DNA of 57,573 nucleotides, filler included, from Sphacelaria rigidula (taxonomy: Eukaryota), in the NCBI GenBank assembly GCA_964200075.2. It is 3 parts of 3 records of this genome, joined end to end, with 100 filler letters (N's around TTAATTAATTAA, not from the genome) between each part and the next. Parts side by side here need not be neighbours in the genome. Positions count along the whole stretch, not along the records: positions 1 to 19,134 come from CAXNAA020000730.1; positions 19,235 to 38,354 come from CAXNAA020000731.1; 1 more part is not named here. One strand, 5' to 3'. Below the pieces are notes generated by a model that did not search any database, was not told the DNA's origin, and saw nothing but the letters and a program-made list of their open reading frames with translations. This document shows, in pieces, positions 12,037 through 23,085 of this stretch. The position numbers were made by a program, and so were the translations under genes. Every line of letters starts with the position of its first letter. Within the stretch, counting starts at the first letter, position 1.

Positions 12037-13780
12037 TCACCCGTCAGACTTTGATACAGAAAACAAATTCACCCTTCCACCAACTTCAACCCTAGAAAAA
12101 ATTCTAACATACCTTTTCTTTGCGACCTCGATCAATTGCAAATGTGTCGATACCAAAACCCCTTTTCTGCAAGACTCTGCTGAAAGGCGGTCGTGTTTCT
12201 GAGCACATGGCGTTCGCGGCGTTAGCTCTGTGATGACTTTAAAAGGCGGGCACCAAAACGAAGGCGCTTGCCTCTCACCTTCCTGCTGCTCGTGTCCCCG
12301 CACACCGGCCAAGTCGCTACCACTGCCGTGAGCATCACCAGTGGTGGCAGGTTTTACGACAACATCTGAAGACGGACCTCGGGTTAATGTTACCGGTGTC
12401 AGCTCAGCGCCAGCACTGCAGATGGGGCAGGTACCTTCGTCAACGTGTACGTCTACTAATTCAGACTGCCGGTGCTCAGCATGCGCACAGACGATTGTAA
12501 TGGAGGCGTCTAGTAAACGCGCCATCTCATTATCTCGCCATTTTTCTTTTTGTGTGAGTCGGCGCACTTGCTGATTTACCCGTCGGTTATTTTCGTTCCG
12601 TGCAAAGTCTTCATTATCTCTCCTCTCCTGATGCGCCCTGCTCTCCATAACCTTCAAGCTGCGCTTGTACGCTTCCTCGTCGGCGGCAATCTCCTTCAAA
12701 GAAATGGAGAAAAGCAAGGTGTTGGGAGAGAATTCGTTCAGAGCAATACTCTTGTTCATGATCAATGTTGTTTTCTTGGAGACACTTTGCAAAAACAGTA
12801 AGAATCATATACACACCTGTTCCTCGGCGATGACGCCCTTTTCCCTCGCCTCTCACCATGGAGTCTTGGAAGATTTTGTCGCGTTTCCCTCAGCTCCTCA
12901 ACGGCGGCACCGTTTGTTTCGGCCACCTGCGCACGCTCTCTGCTCCTGCTGCCCCTGAGTAGACGTAGTTGACGCTTTTCTTTTTCGCTTATCACCAGCG
13001 CCCCCACCCCCGCTTGGCTCTGCTCCCACACCAACACCACCGGTTTCCTCGCGCTGACAGGCGATGGCGAGGAGATTAAATTTACTGGATGGCAGCACCA
13101 TCTCCACGCTTGCTGCTCCTGTTGCTCCTGCTGCCGACACCGATATCCGCGGCGTCTATCTCGCTTCCGCTCTCGCTTCCGCTCTCGCCGCTTTGTGGCT
13201 ACACTGCTGGTTCTGTGGCTGCTGGTGGTGCCTGCCTCCCCTCTCCCCCCTCTCCCCCCTGATCCTCCTCACCCTCCGCTGCTGATGCTGGTGCCGTACA
13301 TTCTTCCCCACTCGCTCCAAATTTGACAGTCTCCACTGCGGCCGCCGTCGCTATCGCTGCTGTAACGTCATCTACTGTCTCATCTGTCGTAGTGCCGGAC
13401 ATCTCATCGCCCTTGCTAACGGGGAGGTTCGTGCCGTACACAGGAGTCGCAGAGCCCACGGCCAGCAACAAAGTGCTGTCCGTCCCGGCGTTTTGGAGCT
13501 CTTTGCTGTTCTCGTTTCCCCCCACCACCCCACTTGGCGAGCCACGGGTCTTCTGCATTCGCTGTGCTTCACCCGGCTCCTGTGCTACACCCACCACCTC
13601 GCTAGACGTCGGCATCACTTCGCGGCATCGGCCTTTCCTGCTGCCTACACCGCCACGTAGGAACAAGTGGTTGAGGGGGCCGGTGACAGGGGGAAGCAGT
13701 CGATACAAACGTTTGAACAACATGCATCTCTGCGGTGTGTGGCGGTATCAACTAGGGTCGCACACGTTCTTTCAGCAATA
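12037..13780 (-). pseudogene. Degenerate coding-like region (low-complexity plus charged/coiled-coil segment), unknown product
   Basis: Overlapping minus-strand ORFs (251 aa, 174 aa) with protein-like composition and a plausible GT-AG intron at ~12696-12817. The frames are interrupted by stops or shifts. Confidence 0.3.
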
Positions 13781-14319
13781 GTGACCATCCCCTTTTTTCT
13801 TACGTAAAGTCAAGTTTCAGCGACACAATGCGCTTTGGAATCGCGCAGCCCCCACCTCATGTTCATCAACACTGTGAACTTTGGCCATTGGTAGCCACCT
13901 AGGAGAAGGTCGTAGCAACACATCTACGGAGATGCGGCATGAATATTTTGCCGGGTATCTATCTGGTGTGTTAGATGATACACCGGGCCCCTTTCCGACT
14001 TTGGGTCTGGTGTTCACTCTACTCTGCTAATCAAAGACTTTTGTGTGTGAACACTGAAGCTCGCCACCAGCCCTTGCTGGGACAGAGTCCTGGTGGCATG
14101 GACTATTATCAAATCGTCCATAATAATTAATTATTGAGTGAGGACTTGATACGGATATTCTCCAGACGGATTCTGCGGGCAGTGACGGTTACGCCGCACG
14201 ACAAGTCGTCGAACAGAGGACGGGCTTGGTGCGGGCGTGAGCTGCAAGCCGTCGCGTGGACGGGCTTGGCAGCGTGTGTGCTGGCTCGCTGAGCAATCCG
14301 TAAGCGCTGCTGTGTGGAG

Positions 14320-15105
14320 ATGCCTACCACACGGAGTGCCACCGCGGGGGAGGATCTCGTCTTTGGCGGCGGGATTGCTGCGCCCCAATACCAACAGCCG
14401 TCGTCGGTCCCGAACTCGTGCGCCTTCTACAAGGCGTACAAGGAGTACGAGAGGTGCGTCACGACCACAAACAGCGGACAAACTGTCCAGCGTCCGGTGT
14501 TGAAACTCTCCCAGCTCCTGCCTGAGAATGTGCGCTGGTGCCTGGCGGATGAGTATTTTGAGGAACAAGGCGGCTCCGAGCTCGCCGAGAGTGATCTGCT
14601 GCGGGCTTTGGCCCAGCATGGCGAGTGCTGGGCGAGTGCCGCGGTTGATCCTGCGAAGATTGTCTCCGACATGGAGAGCCGTCTCGCCATGCGCTCGGAG
14701 TCGACAGCGATGGAACGGATCGACGCGGTTCGCTCAAGAATGGAGGAGTTCTGTGCGAATCCGAGTGTTGCTCGGGTCTTCCGGGACTCGGCGACGCGCA
14801 AGTATGTGAGCGGGCCTGCCCGGGTCATCACTGCCGCGGTGGTCCGCGGCCTGAAGCCTCCGGAGTTTAAGGAGAGCGTCCAAGCGACCCTTAAACTACA
14901 AGATGGCAGCTGGAAGGAGAACCCTACCGCCGTGTTTCGGCTGGTGCATGCGGAGGCGAGAAAATGGCGCTTGGTGGAGCAGGCGGAATCTCGGCGTCGG
15001 AGCCGGGCCCGGAAAACGACCCCTGGTGGAAAGAGTGGCGCTGAGCCGTCTACCCAGCAGAAGAGTCGGCCGTCGACCGGGACGCTTACGTGCTGGACCT
15101 GCTGA
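14320..15105 (+). mobile_element. LTR-retrotransposon (Ty3/Gypsy-like) gag ORF, truncated in the zinc knuckle
   Basis: Intronless ~260-aa ORF starting MPTTRS, with a helical capsid-like core and a basic linker. Ends ...TLTCWTC*, the first half of a CX2CX4HX4C knuckle. No pol follows. Confidence 0.6.
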
Positions 15106-15342
15106 CTAGTCTAATGGGTTGATTTTCAGCTTCTACCAAAGTAAGTCGTGGGTTCGATACCCAGACTGGCACATGAGGTGACTTTTTTCCCTGCGGGAGT
15201 GAGAAGTGAAAATAACCATGGATGGATAGTAGCGGCTGGCAAGGGGAGCGCCACCCTCCTCGGAAGTGAAGTGCAAGGGGATATCCCGACCCCACGACTT
15301 ACTTTTGTAGAAGCTGAAAATCAACCCATTAGACTAGTCAGC
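15101..15342. mobile_element. 242-bp element with 56-bp terminal inverted repeats
   Basis: 15101-15156 (GCTGACTAGTCTAATGGGTTGATTTTCAGCTTCTACCAAAGTAAGTCGTGGGTTCG) matches the reverse complement of 15287-15342 with 2 mismatches. Confidence 0.8.
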
Positions 15343-15380
15343 GCTGACTAGTCTAATGGGTTGATTTTCAGCTTCTACAA
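15305..15380. repeat. Perfect 76-bp palindrome (two termini head-to-head)
   Basis: TTGTAGAAGCTGAAAATCAACCCATTAGACTAGTCAGC|GCTGACTAGTCTAATGGGTTGATTTTCAGCTTCTACAA, with no spacer. Confidence 0.95.
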
Positions 15381-15486
15381 CACCTTCGTTCTCGCTCCCG
15401 CTCCCGCTCTCACCAGCACTCCCACCCTCGCTTGCCACCGCTCCGGTGCCCAAACAGGTAGCAGTCGCGAGGAGGTCTAGACTTGA

Positions 15487-15937
15487 GCCAACGGGCTGGT
15501 AGTGCTGCTCAGACTCAGTGAGGAACGTCCCCCTGATGTGGGTCAAGATCTCGACGACTTTCGCCGCGGCCACACAGCAGTATTCAGCGTTACGTGGGAG
15601 ATTTCATGGGCGTGCCCCCTGGAGCGATCGAGAAGGTTCTCATGCGGTGCTGCAGTATCGGCACGCTCCAAACGTTTGGCGTTTCGGCGTGCTTGTACAA
15701 GGCTGTTTGGGCGGGGTTGTAGCCGGCAAGACGTTCGCGCTGCTGGTAGAATACTCGCAGAAGAAAAAAACGGTCGACATGAAGGTGTACGGCAGCATCG
15801 GTACCGCCGGTCGCTTGGCAGCGCTCTCCTTCGGGGTCTCGGCGGTTCGGACGATGTGCTTAGACTTTCCGGGTCTTCGGTGGCGGGCATCCCTAAAGTG
15901 CCCCCAGCACAACCAAGACATGCGGATCAGCAACGAG
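15487..15937 (+). pseudogene. ROCO-family LRR-GTPase remnant, COR-domain exon (5'-truncated, 2 frameshifts)
   Basis: Joining three frames gives GLVVLLRLSEERPP...TWEI/FMGVPPGAIEKVLMRCCSIGTLQTF/WRFGVLVQG...DFPGLRWRASLKCPQH, resembling brown-algal ROCO COR regions. Donor GAG|GTGAGT. Confidence 0.65.
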
Positions 15938-17222
15938 GTGAGTCTTTGAGTGTGCCAGCGTACCAGTCAGGAGCCTGTGATGAACGCCAGTAAAAATGCT
16001 GCCGAGGCTCCAGAAAAGTCTGCAACACGTCGATGCCGCGCTTCCGAGACCGCACTTGTTAAAAATTGCCGGCTATTTTTGGTTGTGGGTGATGCTTGGG
16101 GGTGCTTGTTGCGCTCTTGATATATCACCATCCACTAGGCAACCCGACCCGGGGACAATCTCATTGCTGGAAAGACTTGCAGCCTATGCACGCCTGAAAC
16201 GGGAGGGCTGGGGGCGGCGGCGATTGAGCTTCTCGAGATCATCGACGTTCATCAGAGCAGAGGTACGCCCGGACATAGCTATGAGGTTTTGCGGTGTGTG
16301 GTTGTGCGCAATGGGTCGGTTTCCGTTGTCCCTCGGCACTACACCGACGGAGGTGTTAGATGGCATGTCATACGACGACAAAATGGGATGTCCCTCGAAA
16401 ACCACTTGAGAGGGAGGGATTTTCTGAATGAAATGCTCTCTGCTCCAACACGAGCACTGAGCTTGTCATGGCCAAGCGGTTGACTACGAATCGCAGCAGC
16501 GAGCCACATCTGTGATGCGCTCTTTGTAGGTTGACAAGTCCTCACTATTTTTTCCCCTCCATGTAAGATCTGTGACTCTATCGCACTCACCTGTTTGTGC
16601 ACGATTACCGTCTCCATTACTGTTTCCCTGTACGCCAGGCGATATTTACAGTGCGATATGCAGACGGTATGTCAAATTGCAGGAAAAGTACCCCGTCCTT
16701 CGCCAAGAGGTGAGTGCTTGCCGTGACGTGTGCAAGCCTTCGCCACGACCGATGGGCTTGAAGTGCCTTTCGCGGCAACTGCTCTGCTCTTGCCAGCGAG
16801 CATGACATGGTGATGTGTCAGGCCGAGCAAATACCGCCTCCCTTTTACGCCAGTGAAAAATTTGAATCGTTACCGCTTGTGCAATTTTGTTTGGATGATA
16901 ATGGCGTTGGGACAAGTCGATGCTGAGCTCCTTTCCGACCGGAACCGTTTCGCCTTCAAAGCAGCAAGAGACAAATGCCTTCCTGTTTCTCACCTTCTCA
17001 ACGTCAAAGAGAGACTGTCGGGGGTTGTTCAGGTCTCAAACGCCCCCTGTCGTGGTTATGAAGAATGGCAGGGGGAAAATGCAGAAGTCGAGCGTTCGTC
17101 AACTGATAGGTGCAGCTCCCAGAATTAAATGATTCACGTAGCCATTGTGACGTCGCGCCACGCGTGAGACTTAGCGGTATCGACTCATTGCGACATTGCC
17201 CAACTCGTGCCATTCTGAACAG

Positions 17223-17986
17223 GGATCGCGAGACCTCCACCCGCAGCAGACGCAGGTCCGATTCGACGCGTGGTTGGGCGAGGTGAGAGAAGAAATACAA
17301 GACGTGCTTCATGGCGCCAAAACGTCCACAGCCGAGGGAGAGAAGCTTCAGCAGTTGGTTGGTGAACTCCAGCAGCAGCTGGAGCAGCAACACCATGATG
17401 TGCGCGAGTGGATTGGGGCGTTGGGCCACAACAGCAGTCGCTTGGTGGACGTCATCGAAGCAGACGACGGCGTGATGGGCAGACTCGACTTCGTCGTGAC
17501 CATGCTGATGGCGATGAGAAAAGAAGGGTCGGATACACCTCGGCACGCGTGGGTCCTGACCCCATGGGAATTCGCGGAGACGCACGGCCTGTCCGACGAC
17601 GAGCAAAGACTGGAAGTGTGGATGAAGCGGCTGGATGAGTGGAAGGCAGACGTCTTCAAAGATGGAAAAGGCGTCTTCACAAAGGAGAAGCGCCTCTCTC
17701 TGGTGTGTGCCCACACACACAAGCTTGTGCCTTGCGGGCCCATAGGCCAGGGGTACAAAATCAAGCAAAACCGCACTTGGTTCCGCATGTCGGTCAATGT
17801 GACGACGTTTACGCTGCAGGTGATGTGCTCCACGCTGTCGGCGATGGTGGCAGCGCCCCTGTCAGGGGTCGGTGCTGCCGTGGAGGCCGTTTCCGCGGCC
17901 GTTTGTAATTTCGAGTCCATGCTGCATGATCAGCTGGCAGAGCGGTAGATAAGGACGCCGGTGCAGACATGGACGTGGCGTATCAG
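17223..17986 (+). pseudogene. ROCO remnant, C-terminal region exon
   Basis: Acceptor CAG at 17220-17222. Coiled coil, then PRHAWVL...KRLSLVCAHTHKLVPCGPIGQGYKI, typical of Ectocarpus-type ROCO C-termini. In-frame TAG at 17946-17948 precedes the donor CAG|GTAGG. Confidence 0.65.
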
Positions 17987-18424
17987 GTAGGACAACATCC
18001 TCCGCGAACCGAACTTTGTTCCAGGGTAGAGGTTGCTATTTTTGTCTTGGTTTGCGCAGCCTGTAAGCATGACCCTGAAAGCAAAAGTTGAGTGGTTCTT
18101 TCAAAGCATCGTCTTCATGTAGGTCGAATTAAAGCCTACCTACTTCTTCCATAACCCATTGAACATAGACTAAGTCACCAAGGGCGGAAAGAGAGGAGTT
18201 CGGTAAAGGACTGGCCGGAGAAAGGAGGGATGAGCACATATTTTGTTTGTTGTGGATCATGTAAGGTGTCGTGTAGAAAACGCGGAGAGCCTTCGACTGA
18301 TGGCGATCTCCAGCAGGAGTAGGGACTGTGCTCCGCATCGTTCGGAGCACTATGTGAATGCTCACATGACTGAGACAAGCACGAACTAGTTCCCCTCCCC
18401 CCGCGCCTCCGTGTTACTTCGTCG

Positions 18425-18694
18425 GTGTCGACAGCAGACCTGGAAGGAGGCGCATATACTTCTCTACGTGACTTTGTCCACGGGGAGGAGTACACTGCTC
18501 GCCTGAGGATGCTCAAGGCCACAAAGAAGGCTCAAAGGGAACGGTGTGCCCCTCCTAGCTCGTCAGCGTTTGTGTTTTTCGAGCAGGAGATGACACAGGT
18601 GCAAAACCGCGGCGGTGATGCGGCTGTGCAGTTGGTGTTGAAGGGGCAGGAACAGGCATGGTACAATTCGAACCGCTCGGCCCCGATTTCGTGA
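18425..18694 (+). pseudogene. ROCO remnant, terminal exon
   Basis: DLEGGAYTSLRDFV...FEQEMTQV...QEQAWYN resembles the last exon of brown-algal ROCO genes. The acceptor position is uncertain. Confidence 0.5.
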
Positions 18695-19134
18695 CGGGAC
18701 GGTTGTAGAGCCTTGATTGAATTGTTTAGTGGTCGAGCAGTACTTACTTGGACGTAAAGAGGGATTCAGGCGGTTTGTCCGAGAAGCTTGTACGCGCCCA
18801 TCAGTCGCCGTGCAGGGCTTGTTGTCCAACTGCGAAGATGTTCGTGCATTCTTATCCGTTCGATTTCGTTTGTTAAGAACCAGCTTTTACACACACGTCC
18901 ACGATAGAAGTTATGGCACCATTCTGGAAGATGGCTACGTCCGCCGATTAGCTCTTGTTCGCGTCGTAGCGATACTCCTGTTGCGCGGAAGAGTCAGCGT
19001 ACTTACGCGCGATCATAAGCCTTTCTGTAACACACGTGCCCTTGAAAATGAGGCGCGAACAGTACTTAACAACAAATTGTGCGAATTGAGGTTTAACTTC
19101 GAGATGAGGCTCAAGCCCAAAACAGTGCTTTTCC

Positions 19135-19234
19135 NNNNNNNNNNNNNNNNNNNNNNNNNNNNNNNNNNNNNNNNNNNNTTAATTAATTAANNNNNNNNNN
19201 NNNNNNNNNNNNNNNNNNNNNNNNNNNNNNNNNN
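19135..19234. other. Assembly gap spacer
   Basis: N44-TTAATTAATTAA-N44, a linker with stop codons in all six frames. Confidence 0.95.
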
Positions 19235-19739
19235 GGTGTGCTTGTGGCGGTGGTGCGGGGCGGGCTGGGGGGGGGGTGGGGGGGGGGGGGGGGTTGATGT
19301 CTTGTCACTGTCACGGTATATAACACCCGTATCTTCGAAAAAACGTTTGCGTGTAAACGAGTGGCAGCGGCCACCAGTGGCTAGCCGCGGTAGACACAGA
19401 TCAACGCTTCGAGAGAGTGCCCGGCTGTCGACTGCTCGAAAACAGCAAAGATCGACGTCAACGGCGGGCGAGAGATGCGCTCCATCTCAAAGCAGACTTT
19501 CCTTGTCCTCAAAGCAGGTTGGCAACACTGACCCTCACCACACTTTATGAAGGGGATCACTTGAGAGGTGGAACACGCCGCTACTCACATGATGGGTGTC
19601 GTGTTCGAACGCCGTGACTCACACTGTGCACAGACATCAAACATCAAACATCGAACATCGAACAAGTCCGCAGGTACTAGCGGTACAAGTGCAACAATAA
19701 GTGGCCATAGGCACAACGACACCGACAGTTACACTCTAC

Positions 19740-19898
19740 CTGTGAGAGCTATCTTCCAGGGCACTCTTGCTGTTGGCCATGAGAGGCTGGTTGTGGACGA
19801 GATCATTGTAGATACCCCAGAAGGGCTCTGAGATATGCTCCTTCACGAACTGCCAGAAGCTGGCTCGGACCATCAACAAGGATTTGCGGATGCCGGTT
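19740..19898 (-). CDS. NCA2: NCA2/DGS1-family protein exon (last visible; 3' exons missing, probably in or beyond the gap)
   Basis: TGIRKSLLMVRASFWQFVKEHISEPFWGIYNDL...ALEDSSHS matches the family motif F..EHV.EP...I..EL...SL.RM. Phases 2/2 are consistent. Confidence 0.7.
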
Positions 19899-20131
19899 CT
19901 GCAGCACAAAGATCACGTAGCACGTGAACATGGTCGAGAGATACACGTGAGAACTTCAGTCGCTGATGCGCACTGTCTGCACGGCCGGACACCTACCCAG
20001 GATTGCCCTGCTATCACGTTGCCATCACCTACAAGACGTGCCTCAGCAACTGTGAGTGCTCGCACAGAGGAACAGCGACAGGAGGACGAGGGGGCGGTCG
20101 AGAGCACAAATGCAGCTAACATGCAACTGAC

Positions 20132-20253
20132 CTCTCCTTGTACATGTAGAAAAAGGATGCAACAACCGCTGGCGTGGCAAACGCCATCCACACCCAGTTC
20201 CGACGGAACGTTGAAGGTATCGCGCATCTCCCCAGTAATGTCGGTACCATTTC
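20132..20253 (-). CDS. NCA2: NCA2/DGS1-family exon (PSxxxRxW plus transmembrane segment)
   Basis: EMVPTLLGRCAIPSTFRRNWVWMAFATPAVVASFFYMYKER. CAG acceptor and GTCAG donor, phases 0/2. Confidence 0.7.
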
Positions 20254-20539
20254 CTGCGCCACCATGGCATGACAGGTATGGAAGCGACAGAAGCAAAAGG
20301 CGAGAATGTATAACCCCCATCGAATTTCTGCAGCATGGTGTTCTGTGCAACCAGCGTGGTGGAAGAAGCGCAAAAATGTGACCCCGCTTGAACGAAAATC
20401 GTAGTATGAAAAAAAGTTGGCAGGCAAGCAGTAGCAGCTGGCTCGACTCCTACCGCGTCAGCGTTCAGCAGACAAAGCTGCTAGCTATCTTGTCTCCCTC
20501 TACGTAATTGATAGACGCATGGTTTTGCACGTACATCAC

Positions 20540-21151
20540 CTTCTGCTGTTGTCGAAGAGCTTTCACAAGTCGTGCTGACACGTCGAGCAAGAGCTGCATT
20601 GTGTCCGCCATTTCGTCATCCGGCGCCTCTTCCAATAACCTCTCTGCCAGCTGCGCCGCATTTAGTTGCTTCCCTTCTGGCACATGTCTGGTACTGGAAT
20701 ATTGCGCGAGCACGAATCCCTCCTCCCCTTTTTCTTCCGACACGTCGGATCCTGCACGATGTGGACTATCTTGGTCACCATCACCATCATCATCACCTTT
20801 ATCTGCCAGTCCCCGAGCCTCGTCTCCTGTTTGGTCTTGCTCTTGACGTAGCCCTTCGAATATTTTCCTAATCGTTTGCTCCCTCACGTGCGATGCACCC
20901 TGCAGTGCACTACTGCTGCTGCTGCTGTTGTTGTTGTTGTTGTTGTTATGTCGTACCGTACCGAATCCACTGATCGCTCGTCGAAGAGGGTGGGGAGGAC
21001 TCATATCGGGTGTCGAGGTAGCGGACGCTAACGATAGTCGACGCCGCCGAGGGCAATGTTGAGCACGTGCCCCTTCCTGCTCTGGCAGTGCTCGTCGAAT
21101 GATAACCAGCGCCACTCGATTCCAGTCATGTATGGTCCCGTCCACATACGC
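20540..21151 (-). CDS. NCA2: NCA2/DGS1-family large exon with low-complexity insert
   Basis: 612-nt open exon between a TAG acceptor and a GTGATG donor, phase 0/0. Contains poly-Asn and poly-Ser tracts. Confidence 0.65.
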
Positions 21152-21984
21152 CTAAACATGCGCACCACAACACACCGAATTCGAGTCGTTCTCGTGAAGC
21201 ACCTGATGATGGAGGATCGCGTTGCGACTAACACATGGCGCTGCCATAGCTGTAAGGTGTAGCTGTAGGGTGTAGCCGTAAGGTGGTGCAGTAGCTCAAG
21301 AAAACGTCACATTCATGTCACCCTTCCACTGCACTTGAGAAACAAAAAACTGTAAACATCCCTTGTACTGTACGACGTACAACAGTGCTCACCTGCTTCA
21401 TCTGTGTAAGGTGCAGTTGCAATGATCCCGCGCTCAGCTGAAGACGCCAGGCACATAACAAGTGGTGTTGGGTTGGTGGTATTAGCTTCTGACGTACGGA
21501 GAGTGGAGTGGAGTCTACATGACAAGTCATACATGGAGGCCGCGTGGGGTGCACTCTGCGGTATAGGGATGGCTACAGATGAACTGCCAACCTGCCCCTT
21601 TCCCCCACAATTATACAGCACCACAGCACAGTCATTGACAGGGGAAATATTGCATGCAGCGTGCGGGAGCAAATCGTCAATAAGAGGGGCAAGAGGGAGG
21701 ATAGCCGTCAACGCGGGCACCACGAAAAATATCTCGCAACTCATCGCCAAGAGCGTGAACTCAGTGAAAAATACAACCGCGCGAACAGGGATCTGTATTA
21801 AAGAATAACTCCAAAATCAAGTCCATTAAAAGCTAACCTCAACGGTGGTCTGGGCAGCACAACTGCGAAACCGCACAACCGCGGCACTCTCACACTAAAC
21901 TAAACTACTGTACTCTACCGATCGCGCTCAGCAGTTGGTGAACGATTTTATATAGCTCTGAAATGGAGTAGTTCTACTACTTAC

Positions 21985-22079
21985 AACTTTGGTCCTCAGG
22001 AGCTTTCGACAGCGTTTGAGGCGTTTGAAGTACTCCTCGTAGCAGTCCGCTAAGCCATGAGTCCTCCACGTCGAAGGCC
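21985..22079 (-). CDS. NCA2: NCA2/DGS1-family exon
   Basis: (G)PSTWRTHGLADCYEEYFKRLKRCRKLLRTKV. Phases 1/0, GTAAG donor. Confidence 0.65.
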
Positions 22080-22541
22080 CTGCCCCGCCATACAAACATG
22101 TCATTGGAGCACGACACACGCACTCGCGACGGCGCAGTCAGACACGCTCGCTCCCACCGCACCCAGTGCAGCACCGCCAGTGTTTTAGAGTGGGCACGCC
22201 AAGTCGCAGCGTGATGCGAATGGCAGGGACGACATGGTAAACTTCGTGCTACCTCTTGTACAGCACCGTGTAACATGAACGCGTGCAGCATGAACGTTCA
22301 TTGCAGGGCATCCGTGGTGTCCCGCAAATCTTCGCACCAGACTGCTCGAAATGTGCTTGGTTGACTGATTGTCGGACAACGCTCTGATATCCTGACAAGA
22401 TCCAGTAGATCCAGCCGAGGTAGCACGATAGACGCAGCCAAGGTCAAGGTCTAGGGCAAGGTGAACAAAACGAAAACACTCGCCGGAATGAAGCCGACAT
22501 GGTAACGCTCAAAAGCAAGGTGCAACACAAGCGTAGCTCAC

Positions 22542-22659
22542 CCATCTCTAGCCAATTTCGAAAACCTGCCCCTGGCCTCTCTAGCCTTCCCTGCCAAAAC
22601 TCATGCGCCTCATGGAGAAGCACGCAAGCTTCTAGTTCGCTGTTCACGAGCGCTCGAAT
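22542..22659 (-). CDS. NCA2: NCA2/DGS1-family exon
   Basis: IRALVNSELEACVLLHEAHEFWQGRLERPGAGFRNWLEM(G) splices to GP, recalling plant DGS1 FWQ...ERGP. GTGAG donor. Confidence 0.65.
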
Positions 22660-23037
22660 CTGCCGACCACGTGTGCGAATCATTCCATTCCATTCCAGGA
22701 GAAGTCAACGGGTCGTGTCCCAACGGTCATGCGTCGCAGCGAAAAACAAGCATGCAAGAGAGCAACTCGCATTGCGAAAGCGTGGGAGATAGTAAAAATG
22801 CGTATTCCGGCTGAATGATGCAAGGGCATGTGCAACGCTGTGAAACTGCGGAATAAACCCGGATAACTGTCCTGAACTGTATCGAGCTGTAGTGTAGTGT
22901 AGTGTAGTGCACGTACGTACGGACAGGACAGGGCCGTGTAGAAAAAGTGTGCTCACACGAGCCCATGTTGAACTTGAACTTACGGCGCGATGTATACAAA
23001 TATTGGCACTCCGTCCATGTTGACCGTTATTGTTCAC

Positions 23038-23085
23038 CTGGGCTTCAGCTAACTTGGCCGTCAGCACGTCTCGATCTCCTCGCGC
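23038..23085 (-). CDS. NCA2: NCA2/DGS1-family short exon (probable)
   Basis: 48 nt, ARGDRDVLTAKLAEAQ, CAG/GTGAAC boundaries, phase 0/0. Confidence 0.5.

Noticed and set aside
14091..14105. TGGTGGCA... as a primer-binding site for the gag element
   Set aside because: It is not preceded by an LTR-terminal CA, and no second LTR is visible.
15101..15380. CRISPR array (three ~38-56-bp repeats)
   Set aside because: The copies are inverted, one pair has no spacer, there are no cas genes, and the context is eukaryotic.
17004..17920. Long minus-strand ORFs (254 aa, 190 aa), likewise 39186-39947
   Set aside because: Antisense shadows of GC-rich plus-strand coding exons.
19135..19234. TTAATTAATTAA palindrome within Ns (also 38355-38454)
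   Set aside because: An artificial scaffolding linker, identical at both gaps.
21150..21240. Ulp1/C48 protease-like 'DSNSVCCGAHV' on the minus strand
   Set aside because: It lies in the intron just before the NCA2-like exon acceptor, and no other protease motifs are present.
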